A stretch of DNA of 63,968 bases, counting the filler, from Vicugna vicugna (lineage: Eukaryota): NCBI GenBank assembly GCA_013265495.1. It is 78 parts of 75 records of this genome, joined end to end, with 100 filler letters (N's around TTAATTAATTAA, not from the genome) between each part and the next. Parts side by side here need not be neighbours in the genome. Positions count along the whole stretch, not along the records: positions 62,204 to 63,756 come from MU058281.1; positions 63,857 to 63,968 come from MU058478.1; 76 more parts are not named here. One strand, written 5' to 3'. The translations under genes were made by a program, and so were the position numbers. The first letter of the stretch is position 1. Each line of letters opens with the position of its first letter. A model generated the notes under the pieces. The model did no database searches and was not told where the DNA came from. It worked only from the letters and a program-made list of their open reading frames with translations. Shown piece after piece: positions 62,204 to 63,968 of this stretch.

Positions 62204-63756
62204 CAGTCACAGGTGTTCTCTGTTCGGGGAAGTCCGAGAAATATATTCACTGACCAAGGGGAGGCAGCCTATGTCACTGGGATATCCTGCAAACCCCCCT
62301 AGCATTCCCTGGCACAGAGATATTAGGAAAACCCTCAGGGGAGACGAGCTTAGGCTTTCCGTTAGAACCCACGCGCTGCCGACCATTGGTGGAACCTCCC
62401 CACGCTCAGGATTCCGGAACCATTNNNNNNNNNNNNNNNNNNNNNNNNNNNNNNNNNNNNNNNNNNNNNNNNNNNNNNNNNNNNNNNNNNNNNNNNNNNN
62501 NNNNNNNNNNNNNNNNNNNNNNNNNNNNNNNNNNNNNNNNNNNNNNNNNNNNNNNNNNNNNNNNNNNNNNNNNNNNNNNNNNNNNNNNNNNNNNNNNNNN
62601 NNNNNNNNNNNNNNNNNNNNNNNNNNNNNNNNNNNNNNNNNNNNNNNNNNNNNNNNNNNNNNNNNNNNNNNNNNNNNNNNNNNNNNNNNNNNNNNNNNNN
62701 NNNNNNNNNNNNNNNNNNNNNNNNNNNNNNNNNNNNNNNNNNNNNNNNNNNNNNNNNNNNNNNNNNNNNNNNNNNNNNNNNNNNNNNNNNNNNNNNNNNN
62801 NNNNNNNNNNNNNNNNNNNNNNNNNNNNNNNNNNNNNNNNNNNNNNNNNNNNNNNNNNNNNNNNNNNNNNNNNNNNNNNNNNNNNNNNNNNNNNNNNNNN
62901 NNNNNNNNNNNNNNNNNNNNNNNNNNNNNNNNNNNNNNNNNNNNNNNNNNNNNNNNNNNNNNNNNNNNNNNNNNNNNNNNNNNNNNNNNNNNNNNNNNNN
63001 NNNNNNNNNNNNNNNNNNNNNNNNNNNNNNNNNNNNNNNNNNNNNNNNNNNNNCTTCCCTTACCTTGGGGAGGCAGCCTCTGACACTGGGATATCCTGCA
63101 AACACCCCTGGCATTCCCTGGCACACAGACATTAGGAAAACCCTCAGGGGAGACGAGCTTAGGCATTCCGTTAGAACCCACGCTCTGCCGACCGTTGGTG
63201 GAACCTCCCCACGCTCAGGATTCTGGAACCATTGTCAGTGCGTGGGGGAGCTCGAGAGACAACTCCAGGTAGCTCTCTTCAGTCACAAGTGTTCCCTGTA
63301 CGGGGAAGTCCGAAAAATACCTTCCCGGATATTGGGGAGGCAGCCTCTGTCACTGGGATATCCTGCAAACCCCCCTAGCATTCCCTGGCACAGAGACATT
63401 AGGAAACCCCTCAGGGGAGACGAGCTTAGGCATTCCGTTAGAACCCACGCGCTGCCGACCGTTGGTGGAACCTCCCCACGCTCAGGATTCTGGAACCATT
63501 GTCAGTGCGTGGGGGAGCTCGAGAGAAAACTCTACGCAGCTCTCTTCAGTCACAGATGTTCCCTTTACGGGAAGGTCCGAGAATTAACTTCCCTCAACTT
63601 GAGGAGGCAGCCTCTGTCACTGGGATATCCTGCAAAACCCCCTAGCATTCCCTGGCACAGAGACATTAGGAAAACCCTCAGGGGAGACGAGCTTAGGCTT
63701 TCCGTTAGAACCCACGCGCTGCCGACAGTTGGTGGAACCTCCCCACGCTCAGGATT
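62204..63756 (+). repeat. Satellite family A, reference monomers (internal gap)
   Basis: TTG(G/A)GGAGGCAGCCTCTG at 63065, 63332 and 63599: exact 267-bp period. Confidence 0.97.
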
Positions 63757-63968
63757 NNNNNNNNNNNNNNNNNNNNNNNNNNNNNNNNNNNNNNNNNNNN
63801 TTAATTAATTAANNNNNNNNNNNNNNNNNNNNNNNNNNNNNNNNNNNNNNNNNNNNCCCCCCCGAGATTCCATGTCGCGCTGTGTCCTTGGCTCTCCCGT
63901 GATGCCACCCTGTCCCCACGCTTGTCCTCTCTGCCCATATTCCTATGGGATCTGGGCTGTGCCCACTG

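Noticed and set aside
3163..63181. Long ORFs in the supplied track that contain X runs (e.g. 44607-45728, 37744-38589, 62207-63181)
   Set aside because: Their length comes from N gaps translated as X; the real residues are mostly satellite translations
63160..63225. Possible deep homology between the A/D and B/C superfamilies (shared GGCATTCCGT and CCAC..GCTCAG words)
   Set aside because: Only short words are shared and I could not extend a colinear alignment by eye; a profile-profile comparison is needed
483..63856. Regularly recurring TTAATTAATTAA between variable blocks, superficially like a CRISPR/integron cassette array or piggyBac TTAA sites
   Set aside because: It is always embedded in 44 N on each side (100 bp in total) and is a six-frame-stop concatenation spacer, so it is an assembly artefact

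Overview
This window is not contiguous genome. It consists of about 78 short unplaced scaffolds (roughly 0.1-1.6 kb, many with internal N gaps) joined by an artificial 100-bp spacer, N44-TTAATTAATTAA-N44 (77 copies counted), so neighbouring pieces are not biologically adjacent. The source is a mammal, most likely a camelid, based on a vic-1-like tRNA-derived SINE and a camelid/cetartiodactyl-type L1 3' end. About 48 scaffolds are satellite DNA in five families (A-E are my working names). A is a GC/CpG-rich 267-bp monomer. B is an AT-rich ~741-bp trimer of ~247-bp monomers. C is a ~249-bp monomer. D has diverged, CpG-depleted ~267-bp monomers. E is an (AGAATAT)n heptamer. The rest is L1, L2, MIR, SINE and ERV-like fragments plus unidentified unique or low-copy sequence. 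No protein-coding gene, RNA gene or CRISPR array can be supported, and I see no new protein-based system. The most interesting signal is satellite architecture: B and C share an ancestral monomer, A and D share another, B has dimer and tetramer variants built from hybrid monomers, and E has a 147-bp (21x7) repeat. Transposon calls rest on recalled consensus sequences, not searches.
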